From NCBI GenBank assembly GCA_965612735.1, contig CBFDSV010000002.1, positions 8,988 to 72,987 on the forward strand: a stretch of 64,000 nucleotides of DNA, written 5' to 3'. Positions within the stretch are counted from its first letter, which is position 1, and every line of letters begins with the position of its first letter. The position numbers were made by a program, and so were the translations under genes. Below, piece by piece: positions 37,243 to 45,740 of this stretch. This stretch comes from an uncultured bacterium (GTDB lineage: Bacteria; Hydrothermota; UBA3072; B12-G15). A model generated the notes under the pieces. The model was not told the DNA's origin and did not search any database. It saw only the letters and a program-made list of their open reading frames with translations.

Positions 37243-38945
37243 GAGAAACTGAAAGAATTCTTGTTGAAGTCCTTAAACTGCTGGCAGAAACTGTTGATGC
37301 AAAGGATCATTATACGAAAGGCCATTCAGAAAGGGTGAAGGGTTATGCGACAGTTATTGGTCAGAAGCTCGGTTTAAGCGAAAAAGAAGTAAAGTTATTA
37401 GCCATCAGTGCTGAATTACACGATATTGGAAAGGCGAAAGTCATTGATGAGATTCTAAAAAAGCCTTCACATCTGAACCATGAAGAAACACTTGAGATAT
37501 ACAGGCACCCAATATATTCATTTGAGATTACAAAGGACCTGCCAGGGTTTGAAGAGGTAGCAAATATATTACTTTACCATCACGAATACTTTAATGGGAG
37601 TGGTTATCCATTTGGCCTTTCAGGAGAGAAAATTCCCATGCTCTCACGAATAATTACTGTGGCAGATGTCTTTGATGCAATGACATCAAAAAGGGTTTAT
37701 AGAAAGAGAAGATATTCGGATAAAGAGGCTCTTAATTACTTAAAGAATAACAGTGGAAAATTGTTTGACCCAAGAGTTGTTAAGGCGCTTCTTTCTGTTT
37801 ACGAAGACGGCCTTATTTTCAAGGTAAGGGGAAATTATTTTTATAACCATAACCTTTATCCCAGGGCCTTAAAACATTATCGAGAGGCATTGGAAGCAAT
37901 GAAAGATGAAAAAATGATTTATGAGGTGAAACTGAGAATATCAGAGATATACAACAGGCAAAGACATTTTGACACAGCCATAAAAATCCTCATGGATGGA
38001 CTTAAAAGCAATAATCCATATATTGGTATTTACTACCTTGAACTTTCAAATACTTATTATTACATGGATGAGTTAAACAAAATGAAAAAATATGTGGAAA
38101 AAGCACTCAAAGAAAACCTGTCTTTCACACAAAAAATCAGGGCATTGAGACACCTCATAATCTACCATCACAGAAAGGGAAATCCTGAGAAATCACTTGA
38201 GTTGTACAGGAAAATTGAGCTCATGATAGACAGATACTACAAAGAACTAAGGAAAGAAAAATTAAATATATATGATATTCCAGAGCATATTAACATAAGA
38301 ACCAATATTGACATTGAGAAGTCAAGGCTATACGACATTGTAGGAAGGGTAATGAGAGACCTGGGTTTTCTGAACGAAGGGATTAATCTTTTTGAAAAAA
38401 GTATAGAAATAAAAACTCTGTTAGGTGACTTTATTGGTAAGTCTATCAGTTTGAGTGGACTTGGTGAAACCTATTTATTACTGGAAGATTATAAAACTGC
38501 ATATGCAGTGACTCTGGAATCCCTTTCCCTATCAAAAATGACAAATAATAATCTGGGTATTTACCTTTCACATCTTAAACTCATGGAGATTGCATCCCTG
38601 ATGGGCAACTTCAAATCCGCAGAAAAACATCTCAAATTCCTCACTATGTATAGAAAAAACATTTTTATGCCCGATGGAGAACAGAGGTTCAAACTATCAA
38701 AGGGGATATATTTTTTCTCAAAGGGTGATTATAGAAAAGCCGAAACGCTGCTAAAACTTGTTGAAAAGGAATCAAAAAATAAATATAGAAAAAACCTTGC
38801 AAGATTATATCTTGCAAGGATATATAAAAATGAAGGGGATAAGAAAAACGCAGAAAAATACTACAAGAAATGTATCAAAATGCTTAAACACTTCCGCATG
38901 CAGTACCTTTTGAAATCCATAGAGGAAGAACTCAAAAAAGTATAG
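37239..38945 (+). CDS. HD-GYP domain protein fused to a long TPR-like array
   Basis: Start set to ATG 37239 (ATGA overlap with the upstream stop). HD-GYP motifs HDIGK...HHEYFNGSGYPFGL, then ~370 aa of TPR-like repeats. Confidence 0.85.
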   Translation: MRETERILVEVLKLLAETVDAKDHYTKGHSERVKGYATVIGQKLGLSEKEVKLLAISAELHDIGKAKVIDEILKKPSHLNHEETLEIYRHPIYSFEITKDLPGFEEVANILLYHHEYFNGSGYPFGLSGEKIPMLSRIITVADVFDAMTSKRVYRKRRYSDKEALNYLKNNSGKLFDPRVVKALLSVYEDGLIFKVRGNYFYNHNLYPRALKHYREALEAMKDEKMIYEVKLRISEIYNRQRHFDTAIKILMDGLKSNNPYIGIYYLELSNTYYYMDELNKMKKYVEKALKENLSFTQKIRALRHLIIYHHRKGNPEKSLELYRKIELMIDRYYKELRKEKLNIYDIPEHINIRTNIDIEKSRLYDIVGRVMRDLGFLNEGINLFEKSIEIKTLLGDFIGKSISLSGLGETYLLLEDYKTAYAVTLESLSLSKMTNNNLGIYLSHLKLMEIASLMGNFKSAEKHLKFLTMYRKNIFMPDGEQRFKLSKGIYFFSKGDYRKAETLLKLVEKESKNKYRKNLARLYLARIYKNEGDKKNAEKYYKKCIKMLKHFRMQYLLKSIEEELKKV

Positions 38946-38948
38946 GTA

Positions 38949-39488
38949 TTAAAACCCTATCCCTATATAAACCCTTCCATTGTAGAACCACTCGTTGTCA
39001 TCCTCTTTCCCGAATTTGTCCCTGTCTGCATCTGTCAGATATATGGCACCACCAGAAACACCAAAGAAGAACCTGCCCATCCTGTAAATCAAGCCCAGAT
39101 TACCCCCAACACCAGGACAGAAACCTTCAACATCTGTGGTATCAACCTGGTTTGGTGGTGTGAATGTGATAATCTGAACATGTTCTCCATTATGTTCCAG
39201 ACCCCACTTAAATATTCCACCCTCCAGCCTGCCTGAGAGTGTAATAAAACTTAAAGGATGGAAATCATACCTGTAAAAAAGATATGCCCCATTCATTGTG
39301 AATGTTGTATCCCTGTAATCGGCACTCAATCCCCTGTATCCAATCCCCGCATAGATGTCCACAGCAGGATTAACTCCAATATCCATAAAGTATCCGGTTC
39401 CTGTTCCCCCTCCAACATCATCACCCTTGAGAACAATATAATCACATCCACCAGATATATAGAATGCCATAAGTATAAACATTTTCAC
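38949..39488 (-). CDS. Small outer-membrane beta-barrel-like lipoprotein
   Basis: 179 aa with an ISGGC lipobox-like N-terminus. Alternating G/Y/aromatic strands and a C-terminal ...YIGIGF (terminal Phe beta-signal). Confidence 0.45.
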   Translation of the reverse strand: MKMFILMAFYISGGCDYIVLKGDDVGGGTGTGYFMDIGVNPAVDIYAGIGYRGLSADYRDTTFTMNGAYLFYRYDFHPLSFITLSGRLEGGIFKWGLEHNGEHVQIITFTPPNQVDTTDVEGFCPGVGGNLGLIYRMGRFFFGVSGGAIYLTDADRDKFGKEDDNEWFYNGRVYIGIGF

Positions 39489-39784
39489 CTCCTTTCTTCA
39501 ACACATTCAATATCCTGTATGATGATACATATACCCTCATCCCTGTATTTATCAGCAAACTCCCTGATGCTTTTAACAAGTTTTTTTACCTTCTTCTCAT
39601 CTGAGGGTATCTCATAAATCACAAAGTATCCCGGCCATATATGAGTATCCTCCATTGGTTCAAGCCCCTTCAACTTCCCGAGAGCCTTTGGAATCTTTAT
39701 GTATTCATCCACTCCCAGGGACTTGAGCAACCTGAGGAATTCCTCATCTATCCCAACATTTAAATAAACCTTTATCATTTTCAT
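39485..39784 (-). CDS. Small transporter-associated protein downstream of the RND pump (PG0541-like?)
   Basis: 99 aa with a 4-nt overlap on both neighbours. Size and position match the small proteins that follow RND pumps in Bacteroidota-type loci. This family call is from memory only. Confidence 0.4.
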   Translation of the reverse strand: MKMIKVYLNVGIDEEFLRLLKSLGVDEYIKIPKALGKLKGLEPMEDTHIWPGYFVIYEIPSDEKKVKKLVKSIREFADKYRDEGICIIIQDIECVEERR

Positions 39785-42700
39785 GCTCTCCTCCTTATCC
39801 TTGATTCAAACACACTGTAAAGAACAGGCACAAGTATAAGTGTAACAAATGTTGAAACAACAAGCCCACCAATAACAGAAATACCAAGTGGTGCCCACAT
39901 CTCAGACCCTTCCCCCCTGCCAATAGCAAGTGGAAGCAGACCAAATATGGTTGTGAGTGCTGTCATAAGTACAGGTCGCAGTCTCCTTGCTGCACCCTCA
40001 ACCACTGCCTCATGAACCTCCCTCCCCCTTAATCTGAGAAGATTCGTGTAATCCACAAGTACAATTGCATTGTTCACAACAATACCGATGAGCATGAGCA
40101 TTCCCACCATCCCCATCAAACTCAGGGTAGCACCCGTGAAGAAGAATATCAGGGAAACACCTGTGATTGCAAAGGGGATGGAAAACATGATTATGAACGG
40201 GTCAAGGAAGGACTCAAACTGGGCAGCCATAACAAGGAATACAAGCACCATTCCAAGTACAATGGCAAAAAACATTGTGGAGAATGTTTCAGCCTGGTCC
40301 TTGATTGTCCCCTCTATCTTATACCCCATACCTGCAGGGAGTTTGTATTCCTCAAATACATCCTTAACCTTCTTAACCACCTTCTGTGGAGAGGCACCCT
40401 TCAATTTGAGATTTATATAGACAACCCTTTCCCCTCCACTTCTCTGTATAGAGAATGCACCGTATCTGTACTCCACCTTCCCCAGCGTTCCGATGGGTAT
40501 CTTTCTTCCATCCCTTGTCTGAACAAGCAGGGACTGGAGCAGTCCAGGGTCCTTCCTTGAGGAATCATCAAGTGATACAAATATCTCAAACTCCTCTCCT
40601 TCCCTTCTCAATTTACCTGCTTCAACCCCATATATTCCAGACCTCAATGTTGAAGATATATCGGCAATGGTAAGCCCCAGGTTGCTTAACTTTTCCCTGT
40701 CAGGGACGAACCATATTTCAGGGTTGCCCCTCTTTAATGAAATGTCGGTATTAAGAACCCCCTTAATTTCTTCAAATCTATCACTATAAAAATGAGCTAG
40801 GCTGTCAAGTTTTGATATGTTATGACCAAATATCGAAACCTTGATTGGTGCCTCCATTCCCATGGGTCCAGTAAAACCACTTACATCAAAATTCACCCTC
40901 TTGATACCTGGAAGTTTTTTTACCGTATCAATGAGGGCATTTACCACTTCCTCTGTTGTCCTCTTTCTCTTTGATTTTGGCTTAAGAAAGATGGAAAAAC
41001 TTCCATACGCAGAGGACTCCATCCTCCCCAAAATTGCTCCAAAACCTGATGAAGATTTTCCCGCACGTGCTGTATAAAGTTCCACCTCAGGGAATGATTT
41101 TATGATGCCCTCAATTCTTCCAACCATCTGGTTTGTTACATCAAGGGGGGTTCCAAGGGGCAGTTCTATCTCTCCCCTTATGTAGCCTGTATCACCTGCA
41201 GGCATAAACTCGGTATCAATAAACCTGAAGAGGAGAATACCAACAACAAAGAGAAGCAGGAACAGAGTGAGCACCAGTTTCTTTCGTCTCAAAGAAAACT
41301 TAAGAAGACGCTTATAACCATTCTCCAGATTTCTGAACCATTTTTCAATCTTACTCTCTTTATCTGTCATCTTCAAAAATTTTGAAGAGAGCATTGGTGT
41401 GAGTGTCATGGATGTGAACAGGGATGTGGCAAGTATAAGTGGAACAGTTACTGCAAGTTGTCTGAACAACACACCAACAAGTCCCTTAACAAGGAAAAGG
41501 GGAAGGAATATAACAATGGTTGTTATTGTGGAAGCAATTATTGCCTGGATAACCTCCTGCGTACCAAAGATAGATGCCTCACGCCTTGACTCCCCCCTCT
41601 CCCTGTGGTGGAATATGTTTTCAAGCACAACAATGGCATTATCCACCACCATTCCTATTGTGATTGCGATGGCTGAAAGGGAGATTATGTTCAAACTCCC
41701 ACCTGAGTAAAAAAGGAATATAAAGGCAACAACAAGGGAAACAGGAATAACTGTTGCCACAATAACACTTGCCCTAAAATTATTCAACATGAGAAAAGTA
41801 ACAAGTATAACAAGGAGAATTGCAAAACCTATGGTTCTGGAGAGGTTACTTATTGAGGAGACAATAAACTTGGAGTTATCAATGAAAACCTTCACTTCAA
41901 TTTCTTTAAGTTCAGAATTTAACCTTTTTATCTCCTCTTTTACTTTCCTTGCTACGGCAACTGTATTCGCTCCTGAACGCTTTGTTACGGCAAAAACCGC
42001 AGATGGATAACCATTCAGCCTCTGGTAATTGATTCTTTCCTCAGGCTCAAACCCCACCTCTGCAATATCCTTCAGGTAGATAAGATCCCTTCCCTTGAAT
42101 CCAACTATGGTATTCTCAATATCCTGGAGGCTCTTAAATTCTGCTGGAACCCTTACAGGTATCTCCTTTCTCAATGCACTCACACTTCCAAGAGGCACAT
42201 CCATATTATTTGCCATGAGTGCACCTACTACCTGCTGGAGGGATATCCCAAGATTTTCCATCTTCACCCTGTCCACCTTCACCCTCACCTGTATATCCCT
42301 TATTCCACCCCAGGCATCAACTCCACCAACACCATCTATCCTTGAAAGCCTTGGGGATATCTTGTCATCAATCATCTTTTTCAGGTTAACACCTGGATTG
42401 AGTTTTCTTACAGAGGCAATTACAAGGGGCATCATTGATGCAGAGAATTTAAGTATTCTTGGCTTTTCTGCATCACGGGGAAGAGCAAAAGCAGCAAGGT
42501 CTATCGCGTCCCTCACATCATTCACAGCCTCTGTAAGGTCTGTTCCATACTCAAAGGTCAGGGTAACAACCGAAACATTTTCCATTGATGTTGAATTTAT
42601 CTCCTTCAGATTCTGAATGTTACCGAGAACATCCTCAAGGGGCTTTGTTATAAGTTTTTCTACATTTTCTGAGCTTGCACCTGGATAGAGGGTGAGCACT

Positions 42701-42831
42701 GAGATCTGTGGCAGTTCAATATCTGGATAAATATCCACCGGCAGGTTTTTGAAAGAAACTCCACCAATGATGAGGAGTATAACAAAAACAACCGCAGTGA
42801 ATATTGGCCTTGAAACCGCACCCTTAATCAT
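39781..42831 (-). CDS. RND efflux transporter permease (AcrB/HAE1-like)
   Basis: 1016 aa, 12 TM with two large periplasmic loops. Typical N-terminus RPIFT.V......GG..F..LP.D..P. Confidence 0.95.
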   Translation of the reverse strand: MIKGAVSRPIFTAVVFVILLIIGGVSFKNLPVDIYPDIELPQISVLTLYPGASSENVEKLITKPLEDVLGNIQNLKEINSTSMENVSVVTLTFEYGTDLTEAVNDVRDAIDLAAFALPRDAEKPRILKFSASMMPLVIASVRKLNPGVNLKKMIDDKISPRLSRIDGVGGVDAWGGIRDIQVRVKVDRVKMENLGISLQQVVGALMANNMDVPLGSVSALRKEIPVRVPAEFKSLQDIENTIVGFKGRDLIYLKDIAEVGFEPEERINYQRLNGYPSAVFAVTKRSGANTVAVARKVKEEIKRLNSELKEIEVKVFIDNSKFIVSSISNLSRTIGFAILLVILVTFLMLNNFRASVIVATVIPVSLVVAFIFLFYSGGSLNIISLSAIAITIGMVVDNAIVVLENIFHHRERGESRREASIFGTQEVIQAIIASTITTIVIFLPLFLVKGLVGVLFRQLAVTVPLILATSLFTSMTLTPMLSSKFLKMTDKESKIEKWFRNLENGYKRLLKFSLRRKKLVLTLFLLLFVVGILLFRFIDTEFMPAGDTGYIRGEIELPLGTPLDVTNQMVGRIEGIIKSFPEVELYTARAGKSSSGFGAILGRMESSAYGSFSIFLKPKSKRKRTTEEVVNALIDTVKKLPGIKRVNFDVSGFTGPMGMEAPIKVSIFGHNISKLDSLAHFYSDRFEEIKGVLNTDISLKRGNPEIWFVPDREKLSNLGLTIADISSTLRSGIYGVEAGKLRREGEEFEIFVSLDDSSRKDPGLLQSLLVQTRDGRKIPIGTLGKVEYRYGAFSIQRSGGERVVYINLKLKGASPQKVVKKVKDVFEEYKLPAGMGYKIEGTIKDQAETFSTMFFAIVLGMVLVFLVMAAQFESFLDPFIIMFSIPFAITGVSLIFFFTGATLSLMGMVGMLMLIGIVVNNAIVLVDYTNLLRLRGREVHEAVVEGAARRLRPVLMTALTTIFGLLPLAIGRGEGSEMWAPLGISVIGGLVVSTFVTLILVPVLYSVFESRIRRRA

Positions 42832-43699
42832 TTATCCCCCTTATCTCTACCCTTGAACCATCCCTGACAATCTCCTGACCCACAACAATTACAGTGTCAC
42901 CCTCAGTGATACCTTCAAGAATCTGAATAAATGAGTTGTTCATCGCACCGGGTTTTACAGATGTCTGGAAAGCCTTACCATTCTTAACAAGAAATACGAA
43001 CTTTTCCTCAACACCCAGCACTGCATTCACAGGCAGTGCAACAACATTCTTTACATTCAGGTTCCTCACATACACCCTTACAAAATCACCAGGTAAAACC
43101 TTCCTGTTTTTGTTTTCAAACTCTGTTATAACCCTTCTCGTCCCTGTTTTAGGGTCAATAAAATAACTTATGAATGTTATTCTGCCGTTTATCTTCTCTT
43201 CATCCGATGTAACAAGATAGACAGGGTCATTCTTTTTCAATCTTAACCCTGATGGTATCTGGAAACTCACCTTTACCCTGTTTATTCTGGCAACCGTTGC
43301 AACAGGTGTATTCTGCATAACAGGGAAACCCTTATCCAGTGAATTTATACTCACTATACCTGTTATTGGGGCTTTCACTGGAACAGGCTTTATTTCAACC
43401 CCTGGAACCTCCCTTTCAAGGTAGGCAACCACATCACCCTTTTTCACATAACTCCCCTCTTTAACAACATACCTCAGAAATCTTCCGGGTAGGTCAGGGA
43501 AAACAGGTGTCTGGTCTATACCCTGAACCACACCAGAGAACCATACCCAGTTCTCTATATCCATCCTTTTTGCAATTTCAACCTCAACAGGGATGGAACC
43601 CTGTTCCCTCTGTACCACACCTCCCCTTCTCTTCATCCTTAAACCAACAAGTAAAACAAGCACTATAACAATAACAATGCTCCAGATTACCTTCTTCAT
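42824..43699 (-). CDS. RND efflux periplasmic adaptor (membrane fusion protein, HlyD family)
   Basis: 291 aa. N-terminal anchor, lipoyl/beta-barrel-like motifs (V.EG..VKKGD..A.LE), adjacent to the RND gene. Confidence 0.85.
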   Translation of the reverse strand: MKKVIWSIVIVIVLVLLVGLRMKRRGGVVQREQGSIPVEVEIAKRMDIENWVWFSGVVQGIDQTPVFPDLPGRFLRYVVKEGSYVKKGDVVAYLEREVPGVEIKPVPVKAPITGIVSINSLDKGFPVMQNTPVATVARINRVKVSFQIPSGLRLKKNDPVYLVTSDEEKINGRITFISYFIDPKTGTRRVITEFENKNRKVLPGDFVRVYVRNLNVKNVVALPVNAVLGVEEKFVFLVKNGKAFQTSVKPGAMNNSFIQILEGITEGDTVIVVGQEIVRDGSRVEIRGIND

Positions 43700-43701
43700 T
43701 T

Positions 43702-44958
43702 TTACCTCCTTATCGCATTTCTGATTTTTTCAAGGTTTATCCTGTATGTGAACAGTGCAGAGTAATAACTGAACTGTGCACCCATATAACCAAGTTCTAT
43801 ATCCCTGTAATCTGTATGGGTGATGTAACCCATCCTGTACTGTTCCTTTGCCATTTCAAGCGCCCTTTTTGAGAGTTTCAGGTTCTCTTCCTGAACCTTC
43901 AATTCTTCCTTTGCCTCTTCAAGCCTGTCATAGAGATTCCTAATCTCTATCTCAAGATTCTTTTTGACCATATTCCTTGTAATCAGAAGTTTCTCAAGGT
44001 TCCTTTTTGCCTCCTTTAACTTATGATAATTTGAAAATCCCTGGAAAATGGGAAGCGATAGGGAAACCCCCATCTTCACATCCCATCCCCATTCATTATC
44101 AAAATTGAGTGGTTTGTTGTATCCTATGTTACTCCAGAAGGCAACATCAGGGAAGAATGAAGCCAAATTCATCTTTATGTTGAGTTTTGCACTTTCAATT
44201 GCCCTGTCTATAGATTTCAATTCCTCCCTTGTATTAAAAGCAATTTGAACAAGGGAATCGACTGGAAACTCAATCCCCATTGAATCGCCTTCTTCTTCAA
44301 GTGGATAGATGGTATCAACGGGAAAACCCAGCAGGTTATTCAGCGCCCTGTAAAGGTTCTTTATGTTGTTATCTGCCTGTAAAATGTTTGACTTTGCCTG
44401 ATAAACATCCTTCTCTGCCCTAATAACATCAAGGTCTGTTGCACTTCCCTCCTTAAACTGTGCCTCTGTCACATTGTAGTGTTCCTGGGCATTCTTCAAT
44501 GCCTCTTGGGATAACTCCTTTGCCTTCTGGGACATGAGAAGACCAAAGTAAACCTGAACAAGATTGTCAATCATCTCCCTTTCAGTCTGTTTCCTCTGGA
44601 GTTCAGCAGTCTCCACCCCTATCTCACCAAGTTTATTCATGATGAGCCTTTTCCCTGAAGTAAACAGGGGAAGTGAAATGGAGAGTGCATTCAGATAATT
44701 ATCAGGCCACCCCATTGACATCTCCATTGTTCCCTGTGGGGTCTGCATCTCCATCACGGGAACATTCGTTAGTCTTGTGTAGGAAGACTGGAGGGTGACG
44801 GAAGGGTAAAAGGATGCCTTCATCTGGTGATACTTCTCCAGTGCTATCTTAACATCTATTGATGCACTCTGTAATATGGGAGACCTGTCCAGAAGAATAT
44901 CCTTTGCCTCTTCAAATGTAAGGGTGGGTACAAAAAGAACAAGGTATAAACCTATCAT
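43702..44958 (-). CDS. TolC-family outer membrane efflux protein
   Basis: 418 aa, two-fold repeat of long coiled helices with short beta segments. In operon with the MFP and RND genes. Confidence 0.85.
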   Translation of the reverse strand: MIGLYLVLFVPTLTFEEAKDILLDRSPILQSASIDVKIALEKYHQMKASFYPSVTLQSSYTRLTNVPVMEMQTPQGTMEMSMGWPDNYLNALSISLPLFTSGKRLIMNKLGEIGVETAELQRKQTEREMIDNLVQVYFGLLMSQKAKELSQEALKNAQEHYNVTEAQFKEGSATDLDVIRAEKDVYQAKSNILQADNNIKNLYRALNNLLGFPVDTIYPLEEEGDSMGIEFPVDSLVQIAFNTREELKSIDRAIESAKLNIKMNLASFFPDVAFWSNIGYNKPLNFDNEWGWDVKMGVSLSLPIFQGFSNYHKLKEAKRNLEKLLITRNMVKKNLEIEIRNLYDRLEEAKEELKVQEENLKLSKRALEMAKEQYRMGYITHTDYRDIELGYMGAQFSYYSALFTYRINLEKIRNAIRR

Positions 44959-45530
44959 ATCTCCTCCTTTTTTAATCCAGTTTTTATGAATCGCTTAACT
45001 GCATCCCTAAAACCTTTTTCCCCAAGAATTGAAGACCTGATAGTGAGGGTTAAAATTATTTCACCTATGTACTCGGGCTTCATTCTGATCCCTGGTACAA
45101 ACCCCTTCACCTTTTTCCCTATATACGTGTTAAATTTCTTTACCCTTTCGGGTGTCCTCTTCATTATTTTCTTTCTAACCTCAACAGGAAGTTCCATAAA
45201 TCTCTCCCTTGTTCCCTTATAAATTCCAATCTCATCAACAAATTTGTTTGCAAACACAAAGAGATTATCAATCAATTCATCAAGGGAACGAGAAGCATCC
45301 ACAACACCCCTTGCCTCTTCAACAATCCTCTGTACCCTTGACTGTATAACAGACGCAAAGAGTTCATCCTTATTCTTGAAGTAGAGATACAAAGTACCCT
45401 TGGCAACACCCGCCTTCTCAGCGACCATATCCATTGTAACCTTAAAAAAACCCTCCTTTAAAAAAAGGGACGCTGCCGCCTCAAGAATACTCTCTCTTTT
45501 ATCCTTACTGACTGACTGGTCAGTCATCAT
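44955..45530 (-). CDS. TetR/AcrR-family transcriptional regulator
   Basis: N-terminal HTH (ILEAAASLFLKEGFFKVTMDMVAEKAGVAKGTLYLYFKNKDELF). First gene of the efflux operon. Confidence 0.9.
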   Translation of the reverse strand: MMTDQSVSKDKRESILEAAASLFLKEGFFKVTMDMVAEKAGVAKGTLYLYFKNKDELFASVIQSRVQRIVEEARGVVDASRSLDELIDNLFVFANKFVDEIGIYKGTRERFMELPVEVRKKIMKRTPERVKKFNTYIGKKVKGFVPGIRMKPEYIGEIILTLTIRSSILGEKGFRDAVKRFIKTGLKKEEI

Positions 45531-45534
45531 AAGG

Positions 45535-45564
45535 AGAATATAAGAAGTTTTTTTAAGTTGTCAA
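45535..45564 (-). promoter_or_regulatory. Promoter of the tetR-efflux operon, apparently leaderless; the -35 lies in the left arm of the 43-bp repeat
   Basis: Minus strand: TTGACA (45564-45559), 18 nt, TATTCT (45540-45535), 4 nt, then ATGATG at 45530. No SD. Confidence 0.5.
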
Positions 45565-45600
45565 CCCCTCTGAGGACGGAGGTTGACAATTTGACAGTTT
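45558..45600. repeat. Copy 1 of a 43-bp perfect direct repeat with an internal palindrome
   Basis: ttgtcaacccctctgaggacggaggttgacaatttgacagttt is identical to 48023-48065. Arms TTGTCAACC and GGTTGACAA (9 bp) are separated by 14 nt. Confidence 0.9.
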
Positions 45601-45740
45601 GGTTATCTCTTTAAAGTTCAATGAGATAAATAATGAAATTTTTATACACTTATAAGTCTCTCTTTGTTCCTTGACAATATGATCATCTGTCCCCGGAGAG
45701 GATGTAACATATACCTGAATTGAGCTATTCTTTTATCCAC

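Noticed and set aside
45558-45589. The palindrome of the 43-bp repeat acting as an intrinsic terminator
   Set aside because: In the orientation of the upstream minus-strand genes the hairpin is followed by CTTAAAAAAA, not a U-tract. In the plus orientation there is no upstream plus-strand gene to terminate. The arms coincide with -35 boxes, which favours an operator or promoter role.
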